A stretch of 58,654 nucleotides of DNA from a virus (Duplodnaviria > Caudoviricetes). The DNA is taken from positions 1 through 58,654 of IMG/VR virus record IMGVR_UViG_3300043775_001123; one strand, written 5' to 3'. Positions within the stretch are counted from its first letter, which is position 1. Each line of letters begins with the position of its first letter. This document shows positions 17,538 to 26,960 of the stretch, in pieces. The translations under genes were made by a program, and so were the position numbers. Under the pieces are notes generated by a model. It worked only from the letters and a program-made list of their open reading frames with translations. It was not told the DNA's origin and searched no databases.

Positions 17538-17978
17538 TTATTTATTTTCGTTATACCATTTAATAAATTCTACACAATCGTTATATGCTTTGTCTATTTT
17601 TGGTATGCTGTCTGTTATATTGTAGTACATCTCCATACTATCTAATTCTAAACATATATTAAGTATTTTTTCTACTACTTCCATTAACCAATTCCAATCT
17701 ATGTGATAGTGAGTGTCTTGTATTGTTCTAATATTGTTCTCTGAATACTCAACATTTAAAACGCCATTCATTTCGTAAGTTTCATAACCTAAAAACTCAG
17801 CTATTAGCTTATTATTTTCTTCAATAGCAGATAGAATACCTATACTTGCTTTTGCTCTATCTATCGTGTTGTAGTCTTGGCTCTCTGTTACTTCTCCATT
17901 ATCTTCTGTAACTCTTACAAAGAAATGATTTCCTTCTTGTATTATTTCTTTATTGTCTTGTTTGAATACTAATTTCAT
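17538..17978 (-). CDS. Hypothetical protein (NKLIAEFLG...YHxDWNWLMxVVEKI type)
   Basis: Motif recurrent in Bacteroidota phages (from memory). Confidence 0.6.
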   Translation of the reverse strand: MKLVFKQDNKEIIQEGNHFFVRVTEDNGEVTESQDYNTIDRAKASIGILSAIEENNKLIAEFLGYETYEMNGVLNVEYSENNIRTIQDTHYHIDWNWLMEVVEKILNICLELDSMEMYYNITDSIPKIDKAYNDCVEFIKWYNENK

Positions 17979-17980
17979 AA

Positions 17981-18196
17981 TTAATCAAGTGTTATAAATT
18001 TAACTTTACTTTTTTTATCAGGGTTTAAAGACACTAAATGTATTGGTGCATAACCACAATTCCATTCTATAAAATGCTCTCCTACCCATTTTGCCTTACG
18101 TAGAAACCTACCATATTCTGTATCTACGTAGATGTAATCACCTAAAGTAACTCGTACTCCAGGTGATACTTCTCCGCTTGTTGTGTTAACTGACAT
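17981..18196 (-). CDS. Hypothetical protein
   Basis: Coupled ORF. Confidence 0.5.
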   Translation of the reverse strand: MSVNTTSGEVSPGVRVTLGDYIYVDTEYGRFLRKAKWVGEHFIEWNCGYAPIHLVSLNPDKKSKVKFITLD

Positions 18197-18199
18197 AAT

Positions 18200-18559
18200 C
18201 TATAATTCAGCTTCAAATTGACATTCTCCATTCTCTTTAATACAATCCCTAATCTTTACACCTAATGTATAATCAGCATACTCACTTAAATCTGCTCTAC
18301 TAATACCAATAGCATCTAAATCTTTATCTTGGTATCCATCAACCTTCTCAAAGAAGTCAATTATAATTTGTAATTTATCACCTAAGTTTCCCTCTATATT
18401 CCTTAACTCTTCTTCAACACCTTCTAAATCATCTTCTGTGTAGTAATATTCTACATAAGATGGTTCATTGTGTGATACTCCAAATCTGTCTGCTGCAATT
18501 GATGATTGTACTGCAAACCAAAATTTACCTTCGATCATTCCTGTAAAATAGCGCCCCAT
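18200..18559 (-). CDS. Acidic hypothetical protein (MGRY..G.IEGKFWFAVQSS)
   Basis: Coupled ORF with a conserved-looking N-terminus. Confidence 0.6.
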   Translation of the reverse strand: MGRYFTGMIEGKFWFAVQSSIAADRFGVSHNEPSYVEYYYTEDDLEGVEEELRNIEGNLGDKLQIIIDFFEKVDGYQDKDLDAIGISRADLSEYADYTLGVKIRDCIKENGECQFEAEL

Positions 18560-18561
18560 AA

Positions 18562-19119
18562 CTAATTATATTTAAAATTTATAATTCCTTCTTTTGTTAA
18601 TTGTTCTTTGATTTGTTCTATGCTGTCGTAAGCATTTTCATTATCTTCCGATATGTTGTATATATACACACTCTCTTCGTCTATGTATTCCCAAGAGTAA
18701 AGAGGTTTGCCTATTAATGTTTCAATTACAATCTCTCCGTTTATAAATCTTGATATTGTACAAAACTCAATGTCTCTCTCTTCTATTGGTAAAGATAAAA
18801 CGTGTGATACAAATTCATCATAATGTTTTTTATCTGTCAATGTACCGCATTGCGTTGCCACAGAGTCATATTGTTTAATTCTATAAGCACCATAAGGATT
18901 ATTAAGTTCATTTTCTTCTCTTACTACATTATCAACTGCAAAATCTTTGCTTTCATCTTTCTTAATCATCTTGCCTTCCTCATCTCTCTTGATGATAAAA
19001 GAATAATGATAACCACAACTATTGCAATTAGTATATTGCTCTCCTGTTTTGTAATAATAATCACTAAATGCCTCTTGCTCACAATTAGGACATTCTATGT
19101 AGTCAATTACACTTCCCAT
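18562..19119 (-). CDS. Zn-ribbon protein
   Basis: CPNC...CNSC at the N-terminus. Confidence 0.6.
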   Translation of the reverse strand: MGSVIDYIECPNCEQEAFSDYYYKTGEQYTNCNSCGYHYSFIIKRDEEGKMIKKDESKDFAVDNVVREENELNNPYGAYRIKQYDSVATQCGTLTDKKHYDEFVSHVLSLPIEERDIEFCTISRFINGEIVIETLIGKPLYSWEYIDEESVYIYNISEDNENAYDSIEQIKEQLTKEGIINFKYN

Positions 19120-19121
19120 AA

Positions 19122-19697
19122 CTAATAATTTCTTAATTGATTAATAATTTCTTGTAACTCTTGAATAGAAGGCTCTCTTGTGTCCTCTGACCCATCAATC
19201 TTTTTTAAGTATGGTTTAATATCATATTGATTATGATTACCATAGTTATCTATTACACTCTGTATCTTTACAATTTCTATATCTTCTTTTGATAAGGCAT
19301 CTAACATTTTAAAGTCATCTCCATACATTCTATTAAAGATATCACTACACTCTATTTGTTTAGATAATTCAACCAATATTTCATCATTTGAAATTCTAAG
19401 TCCTTCCGCTAATGATTTAAGACCACTATTCTTTAATGATTCAATTAATTTATCAAGATCATCTACTTTTATTCCTGAGAATTCAGTATTTAATCGTTCA
19501 TTAATATCCCAATCGTCAACTATAATAAAACCTTTATGCCTTGATTCATATAAGTTTGCATAGAAATTTATAGTTTGTTTTAGACTTCCTTTTTGTATGT
19601 CAAAACTACCGTGCAATGAAAAACTGAATCCAGATTTAAGATTAGATGATTTAATTTCTTGGTTTTTGTTTTCGAATTGTTTTAAAATTGATTCCAT
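19122..19697 (-). CDS. Hypothetical protein
   Basis: Coupled ORF. Confidence 0.6.
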   Translation of the reverse strand: MESILKQFENKNQEIKSSNLKSGFSFSLHGSFDIQKGSLKQTINFYANLYESRHKGFIIVDDWDINERLNTEFSGIKVDDLDKLIESLKNSGLKSLAEGLRISNDEILVELSKQIECSDIFNRMYGDDFKMLDALSKEDIEIVKIQSVIDNYGNHNQYDIKPYLKKIDGSEDTREPSIQELQEIINQLRNY

Positions 19698-19709
19698 AAT
19701 AATTGATTT

Positions 19710-19865
19710 TTAATTGTTTAAAGTTTTTATAAATATTTCTGTATTCTCTTCAAATGTTGACAAGTTCTGATAATGCTCTTCAAAGCACATCAATTCATAG
19801 TCCGAATAGTCTGAATCGTTTAACATATTGTTTACCCAATCCTCAAAGTAATAAATCTCTTCCAT
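19710..19865 (-). CDS. Small acidic protein (MEEIYYFEDW..., not in ORF track)
   Basis: 51-aa ORF filling the gap. Confidence 0.5.
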   Translation of the reverse strand: MEEIYYFEDWVNNMLNDSDYSDYELMCFEEHYQNLSTFEENTEIFIKTLNN

Positions 19866-19879
19866 AATGTTGAGTGCGA

Positions 19880-20671
19880 TTAATTTATTTCTTTCTGTGT
19901 TAGTTTTTCAAATAAATCTTTTAATTCATCAACATTGTTTAATTCCATATAATAATCTATGTCATCCCAAGTTGATTCGTCTTCTGGATCTAGTCCGTAA
20001 ACGTCACAGATATATTCATACATATTCCATTCATCTAAATAATCTACACTTGTATTATTTGTGGTTATATGGTCATCAAACAATCCATTAATAGAAGTGT
20101 TATACACTTTCTCATTCCCATAATACTTGAAGTCATTGTATTGTTTGTAAGAATCATTTGAATACCAATTCCCATCTGTCCACTTACCTAATTCTTCATT
20201 AATGATTGTATATTTGTCGTCTGAATCTAAAAACAATAACTTACTATAACCTATGTATTCCGATATAAAATACTTTGTCATATCACAAGATAAGAAGTTG
20301 TGTTTGAATCTCTTTAACATATCATTAAACTCGTATGTATCTGAAAACTTTTGGTTTCCTAAACCTTTAATGACTCCATTGTGAACAAAACCTAACTTAT
20401 CATTAACTAAGAATGGGTGTAAATTATGTTCTCCTTTGTATCCGCTTGTAGCTATACGGAAGTGCAATACAATGTTACCTACCTCTTTATCATCTCTTAA
20501 TTCATTATACTTACTTATATACTCATCGTAATCATAAGTCTTGAATACATTTAAACCTAACTTGTTATTCCATAGTATTCCAGCTCCCATATCATTGTTA
20601 TCCCAAGAGTTTTTGATATGAGATTTAGGCAATCTACCTGCTTTTTTAGTATTTAATATTGCTATACACAT
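19880..20671 (-). CDS. Class II (Ntn) glutamine amidotransferase
   Basis: N-terminal Cys2 (MCIAI), LHFRIATSG, HPF, HNG, SDT. Confidence 0.85.
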   Translation of the reverse strand: MCIAILNTKKAGRLPKSHIKNSWDNNDMGAGILWNNKLGLNVFKTYDYDEYISKYNELRDDKEVGNIVLHFRIATSGYKGEHNLHPFLVNDKLGFVHNGVIKGLGNQKFSDTYEFNDMLKRFKHNFLSCDMTKYFISEYIGYSKLLFLDSDDKYTIINEELGKWTDGNWYSNDSYKQYNDFKYYGNEKVYNTSINGLFDDHITTNNTSVDYLDEWNMYEYICDVYGLDPEDESTWDDIDYYMELNNVDELKDLFEKLTQKEIN

Positions 20672-20701
20672 AATGTTTAATTTTTAAATTATTTATATTA
20701 A

Positions 20702-21895
20702 TTATTTTTTAATTTCTATTCCTTCAAACTTATTTGTAAACTTTACAAATCTTTCTTTAAGTTCTGCTAACTTTTCATTTGAATATGTTTGCTTTAATAG
20801 TTTTGTAAACTTAGTATCTACATTGTAGTATGCTCGTATTACATCATCAGTAGGGTTTTGAAGCATCATCATAAGAAGTTTACTTCTCCACTTTAATGTC
20901 TTCACATTAGGTACTGCACTGATTATTCTAAACTCGACACGATTACTATGTATCTTGATGGCTTGATATTTCTCGTTATCATTCTTCAAGTCTTCATTAC
21001 TCTTACCTTTTGCATAGTTTCTATCTACTCTACCATAATATAAGGCATAGAACAATGGAGTATATCCTTTTATTTTATCGAATAGTTGTTCTCCAGTTAA
21101 TCCATCTTCTGATAGGTGTATGTGACCACCGCAAGACGTGGAATATTTAGCGTTTATATGTTCAACTAAAGTATTATTACTTTCGATATGCTCGAAGATT
21201 TTATCTATATTAAACTCAAATGTAGGGCTTATCAATTCATATCCAGACTCATCATCCAAACTACCATCTTTTTCTTTTCTCCATAGATCATCTGTTGAAT
21301 CCTCGAAATCATCTATATCAATAGAGTTTCTAACACATCTATCTTCCTTCTCTATCTCATAACCTATCTTGTACTTACTCTTTCCGTCAAAGTCTAATGA
21401 TTGATAGCCTCCATTGTGATACCCTCTTACGTATGATTCTTCTGGATAAGAATAGTAACAACCTTCTTCTTCGTGATAGTATACATTATCTCTATAATCA
21501 TATTCATCTGTATCCTTAACATACACTATATCATTTCTAACTAATGCATCATCATCATAATAATCTCCTTCAAAATAAACATAACTGCTTTTATTTATAT
21601 ACACATTGCTATAATAACATTCATCTCTGCCTTCAAAAACTCTTGATGTGTCATCTGTATGAACATACTCGTCTATTCCTTCACAATAAAACGAATCACC
21701 AATGTCTATAACATCGCCATCGTAAGTCATAACATACGCATCGTTAGAGTATAATAGAGAGTCACTTCTAAAGTAATTATCTAACTCTATATCATCAATA
21801 GATACAATACCATTCTTTATGCTTTCTATTGCATTCTTAACATCTAATTTTGCAGTCAATACTTCGTAAAGTATTTTTAATTCTGATAGTTTCAT
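20702..21895 (-). CDS. Phage amidoligase (COOH-NH2 ligase, glutamine synthetase-like fold)
   Basis: GYEIE, DGSL, YELISP, CGGHIH, VEFR motifs; adjacent GATase. Confidence 0.8.
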   Translation of the reverse strand: MKLSELKILYEVLTAKLDVKNAIESIKNGIVSIDDIELDNYFRSDSLLYSNDAYVMTYDGDVIDIGDSFYCEGIDEYVHTDDTSRVFEGRDECYYSNVYINKSSYVYFEGDYYDDDALVRNDIVYVKDTDEYDYRDNVYYHEEEGCYYSYPEESYVRGYHNGGYQSLDFDGKSKYKIGYEIEKEDRCVRNSIDIDDFEDSTDDLWRKEKDGSLDDESGYELISPTFEFNIDKIFEHIESNNTLVEHINAKYSTSCGGHIHLSEDGLTGEQLFDKIKGYTPLFYALYYGRVDRNYAKGKSNEDLKNDNEKYQAIKIHSNRVEFRIISAVPNVKTLKWRSKLLMMMLQNPTDDVIRAYYNVDTKFTKLLKQTYSNEKLAELKERFVKFTNKFEGIEIKK

Positions 21896-22140
21896 AATAA
21901 ATAAGTTTTAAATTGTTGATTGCGATAAAATTAGTTTCTTAATACAAGTGCAGCATTCTTTGCACCCTCTATTAACTCGTTATACAATATGTTTAAAATT
22001 GTTCTCATAACTCTATAATTTTTGATGTTTTTAAATATTGTTTGTGGTATTTCTCTTCGTATGGTCCTACATAATCATAAATACCATCACATATAAAGGC
22101 TATCTGATGGTATCTATTGTTTATCTTAGATATAATTGTC

Positions 22141-22548
22141 TTATTCCTCATCTTCTAATTCATTATATAGTTCCTCAAAGAACTCGTTAATCTCATCTTT
22201 TAATTCATTGAAGTCATTGATTACATATTGTGTCTTTAATAAACTTGCTAACAACTCGCTATTAAGATTTTTAATATCATAACCATATTGACTCGCTATG
22301 TCTATTGATTCACGTAACGATGGATCATTCTCTCTTAAATAATCCATTGCACTTGCGTAGTAAATTACATCTTGTTCAAAACCATTACTATCTTGTATGG
22401 TATTGTAAATACTTTCAAACATATCTATGTCAAAGTCTTCTACTTCTAGGTCATTAACATCTACATAATATGTTACTTCTATTTCGGTATTTAATTCGCT
22501 AAGGAATTTATATACTCTATCTCTATGTTCTTGGGTTAATACTTTCAT
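22141..22548 (-). CDS. Ocr-like acidic DNA-mimic protein (putative anti-restriction)
   Basis: About 35 D/E versus 9 K/R in 135 aa; VIYYASAMDYL and C-terminal EELYNELEDEE recall T7 gp0.3. Confidence 0.5.
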   Translation of the reverse strand: MKVLTQEHRDRVYKFLSELNTEIEVTYYVDVNDLEVEDFDIDMFESIYNTIQDSNGFEQDVIYYASAMDYLRENDPSLRESIDIASQYGYDIKNLNSELLASLLKTQYVINDFNELKDEINEFFEELYNELEDEE

Positions 22549-22730
22549 CTGTGTAGTTTTAATTGTTTTTTAAATTCTTTTGTTGCCTCTAATATACAGT
22601 CAAATCTAAATTGTTTTCTATAATCTGATAGTACAATTAATAAAAAAGAGCCACTCGAATGGAATGGCTCACTAACTAACTCAATTAATGTATCTGTACT
22701 GGATAGATACTCACTTTTTAATACATTCAT
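22545..22730 (-). CDS. Hypothetical protein
   Basis: ATGA-coupled ORF. Confidence 0.5.
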   Translation of the reverse strand: MNVLKSEYLSSTDTLIELVSEPFHSSGSFLLIVLSDYRKQFRFDCILEATKEFKKQLKLHR

Positions 22731-22733
22731 ATC

Positions 22734-22913
22734 TTAAAATTTAAAAATTACTTTATCTCTTAATCTACTTTGTAATAGTTGTTTTGCTTGGCTATATGAT
22801 ACGTTTTCTTCAAGCATAATTTGTCCTATGGCCTCACTATATTGTTTTCTCTTGTGCTCTAATGCGTTAACTACTTCTTGTACATTAACACGTTTTGTTA
22901 TTCTTGGTCTCAC
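22734..22913 (-). CDS. Small hypothetical protein (GTG start, MRPRITKRVNVQEVV...)
   Basis: 59-aa ORF filling the gap, not in ORF track. Confidence 0.5.
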   Translation of the reverse strand: MRPRITKRVNVQEVVNALEHKRKQYSEAIGQIMLEENVSYSQAKQLLQSRLRDKVIFKF

Positions 22914-22915
22914 AA

Positions 22916-23029
22916 CTATTTACTTTTATAAATTAAACTTAATACCACAACTATACACACTGCACCCACTAACATACTATCTGTATGTAACCCTCTCGTG
23001 CAAAGGGTTAATCCTAAAATTGTTTTCAT
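22916..23029 (-). CDS. Small membrane peptide (MKTILGLTLC...VCIVVVLSLIYKSK)
   Basis: 37-aa ORF with hydrophobic C-terminal helix. Confidence 0.35.
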   Translation of the reverse strand: MKTILGLTLCTRGLHTDSMLVGAVCIVVVLSLIYKSK

Positions 23030-23055
23030 TTGATCTGATTTATTTGGTTTTTAGA

Positions 23056-23104
23056 TACACGTAGAAGACTCGAACTCCTAAACTGCACCGACTGCACACG
23101 TGTA
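23056..23104 (-). ncRNA. Mini tRNA-like element (acceptor stem, one small hairpin, T-arm)
   Basis: TACACGT/ACGTGTA 7-bp stem; AGGAG-TTCGAGT-CTTCT T-arm; TGCA-GTCGG-TGCA hairpin in between. Confidence 0.55.
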
Positions 23105-23644
23105 AACATTGTTTTTACGTTTCAAACTTTCTCACGTAGGTATACAATAAACCCACTGTTTTTACCTACACTACACCCTACAAAAATGTTGATGGTGATA
23201 GGCATTTAATATAATTTCCGTTATACACTATTACAAATGTATACGTTTTGAATGTAGCGTTTATAATGTTACGATCTTATTATAAATATTTTGTCCGCTT
23301 TCAAACCTAAAACAATATTACATCTCAGTAATACACGAAACATCACAGAAACCAAAGTAAAATAAATACTTTGTCTCAGTCCTTTGCCTTTGTTTTAGCC
23401 TCAGTTTGACTAACTGGTTTTAGTTTATAGTCATTATCAATATGTCTGTAGTATTTTTATACTAATGTAGTTATATAACATACATTAAAAAAGTTTTATA
23501 ATTGTTTTATGCTATTGCAATAAAACGAAACCTATAAAAATATTTTATCTACTAAGAACTTTTTTTAATCTTTGTACCTTTGCTAAAATTCAATTTTATA
23601 CATTACTTTATTTTCAAGTAATTAACAAAGGTTATTTTAATAAC
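23105..23644 (-). ncRNA. Candidate large structured RNA (ORF-free, hairpin-dense)
   Basis: At least 8 hairpins and a 21-nt long-range helix 23178-23198/23431-23451; strand not certain. Confidence 0.4.
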
Positions 23645-24211
23645 TTATTTTTTAGCTTGATTATTTTTTTCAATTACGATATTTAAAGACGTTTGAAAAT
23701 CAAAACCTTTCTTTACCGATAACGTTACAATTTTTTGCACCATTTGAGCAAAGTAAAATTCATTATATAAACCGTTTTTTGTAGTTCTAACATTATTCAA
23801 TAAATTAGTTAATAAGTTATCGTTAACAAATTTATTTTGTTTATTTGTTTTAGTTACAAAGTTTATAAACCCTATACATTTTTCAATTATATTAATATTT
23901 TCGGCAAAGTTGTAGCCTTCAATTTGAATATTTTTTACAACGTTTTTAGTACTTAGTAATACTTTCAAACCATTACTTTTAAACTCGATTAAGTCGATTT
24001 TCTTTTGTTTACTTACAACGTGGCTAAATTGCGGATTTAACTTTCTTTTTTGTGCGATTTCTTCCTTTGTTTTCTTAATGGTTTCTTTTTTAGTATTACT
24101 TTTTGTAACGCTTAAAAGATTAATACCATTAGTTACAATTTCGTTACTTGTTCTTTTTGTAGTTGCTTTTTTTACTACTTTGTTAACTGAATTTTTTACT
24201 GTTGTATTCAT
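23645..24211 (-). CDS. Lys/Asn-rich basic protein, first gene of the leftward arm
   Basis: 188-aa ORF; hairpin GCATCA/TGATGC in its 5' leader at 24222-24243. Confidence 0.65.
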   Translation of the reverse strand: MNTTVKNSVNKVVKKATTKRTSNEIVTNGINLLSVTKSNTKKETIKKTKEEIAQKRKLNPQFSHVVSKQKKIDLIEFKSNGLKVLLSTKNVVKNIQIEGYNFAENINIIEKCIGFINFVTKTNKQNKFVNDNLLTNLLNNVRTTKNGLYNEFYFAQMVQKIVTLSVKKGFDFQTSLNIVIEKNNQAKK

Positions 24212-24969
24212 TTTAAATAGTGCATCATATTAAACCGTGATGCGTCGCAAAAGTTTATAAAATCTATTTTGGTTTTTAATTCTGATGTAAAACTACTAAT
24301 GTATATCATATAAAAAAAATAAAATCGTTGAAATACACAAATAATCGATAAAATACACTTTTTTAGTATTTTTTAAGGTATTTTTTCAAACATTTTATGT
24401 ATACTATTTTAGCAATTAAATTATACATATTGCTTATTTTTTACCTTTATAAGTACTTTGTAACTCAGTTATTTATATAAATTGATATATAAATTTTAAA
24501 ACCAAACTTTGTTTTTTTGTATTTTTTAGGTATTTTTTAAAGTATTGAAATAAGATTTTTTGTTTATACCTTCAGCCTATAAACGCATATAACCTACAAT
24601 AAAACAAACCTTTGTACCTGGGAAATAAAATAAGGATCTAAAATAAAACCTTTAATAATATAGTAATGTAGTAGTCTAAAATCTGAAGGGCTTTTTTAAA
24701 ATAATTTATACAATAGGGAAAAAGGCAAAAGTTTTGATTGAAACGTTTTGAAAGTATAACCCCATATTGATTTTGGGATAGTTTTTGTTTTGTGATGATC
24801 GATTGGAATGTGGGGGTAGAATCCCATCAACACACTTAACTAACTTAAATTTGTAAACACCTTTCATTCAGGTACTATAGTTATTAGTAGTGATTGGGAG
24901 GTATTTACATTTTTATCGGCTGTAGTGAATGTGTAAATAATGACACTAATTTTGCGTTACATTTTTTTG
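24212..24969. other. AT-rich divergent intergenic region (possible genome end/packaging or origin region)
   Basis: Strand switch of the two arms; GTATTTTTT at 24366, 24378, 24519, 24530; G/C runs at 24760-24830. Confidence 0.35.
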
Positions 24970-24977
24970 TACCTTTG
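24970..24977 (+). promoter_or_regulatory. Bacteroidota -7 element (TACCTTTG), 4 nt before ATG
   Basis: TAnnTTTG match. Confidence 0.5.
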
Positions 24978-24981
24978 TAAA

Positions 24982-25857
24982 ATGAAATTGAATACAACAT
25001 TAATAGTAACGCCAGTAACTGATAATTGCAGGGAGGAGTTTCAATATCTTTATGTTTGGTATGAGCCTTATAAAGTTGTTGATGCTTCTTATTTGGTATT
25101 AACGAATAGTAAGGAGTACACTTTAAAATCAATTGAGGAGTTTGTGTATAAGCTATGGTATATAAATCCAGATTGTAGTTACCTTGATATTGTTTCTCAT
25201 ATAGTAGAAATTTTAAATAAAAGATCATCTAAAGGAATATATGTTACAGAGACGGATGTATATAATTTGGCGTTTAAAATTATGAATACAAAACTACCTT
25301 CTGATATAAGTAATTTAGTTACTTCTAAATTTAAAAATGGAAGCAGAGTTGAAACAACAAAAATAGTTGAATGGAAACAAAGTATAAATGGATTATTGGT
25401 TTTAGATGATAATAAAATGAAGAAGATAAGAATGTCAAAAGATATTGAATTAGAATTAAGTAAAGAATACAAGAAGATAAAATTAAAGTATATGAAGAAG
25501 TGTATAGATAAAGTTAACGGAGATAATCACCAAGAAGTTGTAGAATCAACAATAGATATGTTGAGAGATGTTCAGTCTGAAGCCAGTGTAAATGAAATAA
25601 GCTTAGCTTGTGGTTTAAGCTATACAACAACTAGGAAGTATGTTGACCTAATGGCTGACCGCTTAAACTTTATAGAGGGTTTTAAGGTCATTAAAGATAA
25701 GAATAAAGAAACTTCAGATGAAACAATAAAGAAATTAATAAAGATAAAAGAAGGTATGAAGATTAGTGGTATTAAAATTAACAAAATAAATCTTTGTAGA
25801 GAAAGTGGTATATCAAGACCAACTATAGATAAATATTGGGAAATAATTAAAAAATAA
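24982..25857 (+). CDS. DNA-binding protein with two C-terminal HTH motifs
   Basis: VNEISLACGLSYTTTRKY and KINLCRESGISRPTIDKY; start moved to MKLN. Confidence 0.55.
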   Translation: MKLNTTLIVTPVTDNCREEFQYLYVWYEPYKVVDASYLVLTNSKEYTLKSIEEFVYKLWYINPDCSYLDIVSHIVEILNKRSSKGIYVTETDVYNLAFKIMNTKLPSDISNLVTSKFKNGSRVETTKIVEWKQSINGLLVLDDNKMKKIRMSKDIELELSKEYKKIKLKYMKKCIDKVNGDNHQEVVESTIDMLRDVQSEASVNEISLACGLSYTTTRKYVDLMADRLNFIEGFKVIKDKNKETSDETIKKLIKIKEGMKISGIKINKINLCRESGISRPTIDKYWEIIKK

Positions 25858-25860
25858 AAT

Positions 25861-26091
25861 ATGAGTTTAAAAGAAGAATACATCAAGCTAAGAAATGATA
25901 ATAAACTGAATGTTGATTTCTTATACAAGTACTATGTAGATAATTGCAAGGGAACTCCAGTTAACTTTACAAACTTTATGCAGGTAATTCAATTTGGAAA
26001 TACAGCAGAGATATTCTCTACAATAGATAAGGCATACAATCTCACTACATTACACAACAAGGAAGGACTCTTTTTAAAGGTTGTAGAATAA
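25861..26091 (+). CDS. Hypothetical protein
   Basis: Coupled ORF. Confidence 0.6.
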   Translation: MSLKEEYIKLRNDNKLNVDFLYKYYVDNCKGTPVNFTNFMQVIQFGNTAEIFSTIDKAYNLTTLHNKEGLFLKVVE

Positions 26092-26095
26092 TTCG

Positions 26096-26103
26096 TAACT
26101 TTG
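26096..26103 (+). promoter_or_regulatory. Bacteroidota -7 element (TAACTTTG)
   Basis: TAnnTTTG-CA match before the head-fibre operon. Confidence 0.55.
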
Positions 26104-26117
26104 CAAAAAATTAAATT

Positions 26118-26276
26118 ATGGCAAAGAAAGTAATTAAAGAGTACGGAGGTAAAGAGAAATATACTTCTAAATCAGCAATGATGAAACACGAGAAAAAAGA
26201 AGGTAAGGCTTTTGAAAAGAAAGAAGGTAAGATGATGGGAAAATCATCTATGAAAAAATGTTCTTGTAAAAAGTAA
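26118..26276 (+). CDS. Small Lys/Met-rich basic protein (MAKKVIKEYGGKEKYTSKSAMMKHEKKEGK...)
   Basis: 52-aa ORF after promoter, not in ORF track. Confidence 0.65.
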   Translation: MAKKVIKEYGGKEKYTSKSAMMKHEKKEGKAFEKKEGKMMGKSSMKKCSCKK

Positions 26277-26284
26277 TATAAGAT

Positions 26285-26938
26285 ATGGCAACAATACCAT
26301 CTGGCACTAGATTTATTGGTATATCTCAAGGAGCTGACTTATCAGAGAGAAAGTCTACTTTACAGAACTCTTTAACAGAACCTTATACAATTGTTGATAT
26401 AAAGGACTATGTGCAGTCAAATACTAAAGGGATTGGTTTATTTGCTCAAACCGTAAGTAGCGCTAATATCACTAATACAAATGTAGAGACAAGTTTAATT
26501 GGAAGTGGCGTAGGAAGTTTATCTGTACCTGCTAATGGTTTTCAAGTTGGAGATTCTTTTCACGCAAAACTAATAGGACATATATCTGCAAACTCATCAG
26601 CTACATTAAGATTGAGATTTAAGTCTGGAAGTGTTGTGTTAGCTGATACAGGCATTGTTGATTTGGATACTATATCAAACAGGCATTGGGAGATTAATAC
26701 GTACTTTACAATTAGAAGTTTAGGTTCGGCAGGAACAGCAAGTATTGCATCTGGAGGTATATTTTCATACACAAAAAATTCAGGTCTTAACTTTGAAGGA
26801 ACTAACTTTAGCATTATAAATAATACAACATTTGATACAACGGTTGTAAATACTTTAAATGTAACAGCACAGTGGGGAGCAGCTAATGCAGCCGACTCAA
26901 TATATTCAGAATTATTTACATTAAGTAGAACATATTAA
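26285..26938 (+). CDS. Virion appendage/head fibre, paralog 1 (MATIPSGTRFIG anchor)
   Basis: Shared ~40-aa N-terminus; S/T/G-rich beta C-terminal domain. Confidence 0.55.
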   Translation: MATIPSGTRFIGISQGADLSERKSTLQNSLTEPYTIVDIKDYVQSNTKGIGLFAQTVSSANITNTNVETSLIGSGVGSLSVPANGFQVGDSFHAKLIGHISANSSATLRLRFKSGSVVLADTGIVDLDTISNRHWEINTYFTIRSLGSAGTASIASGGIFSYTKNSGLNFEGTNFSIINNTTFDTTVVNTLNVTAQWGAANAADSIYSELFTLSRTY

Positions 26939-26960
26939 TTAATAAAAAAAATATAAAAAA

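Noticed and set aside
23575-23582. Plus-strand TACCTTTG as an antisense promoter against ORF 23645-24211
   Set aside because: Single 8-mer in very AT-rich DNA with no downstream gene; may be chance
23056-23644. tmRNA, RNase P RNA or hammerhead ribozyme identity for the structured tract
   Set aside because: Acceptor strands pair locally with no G3-U70 or tag ORF; no GAGGAAAGUCC; CUGAG copies do not match CUGANGA
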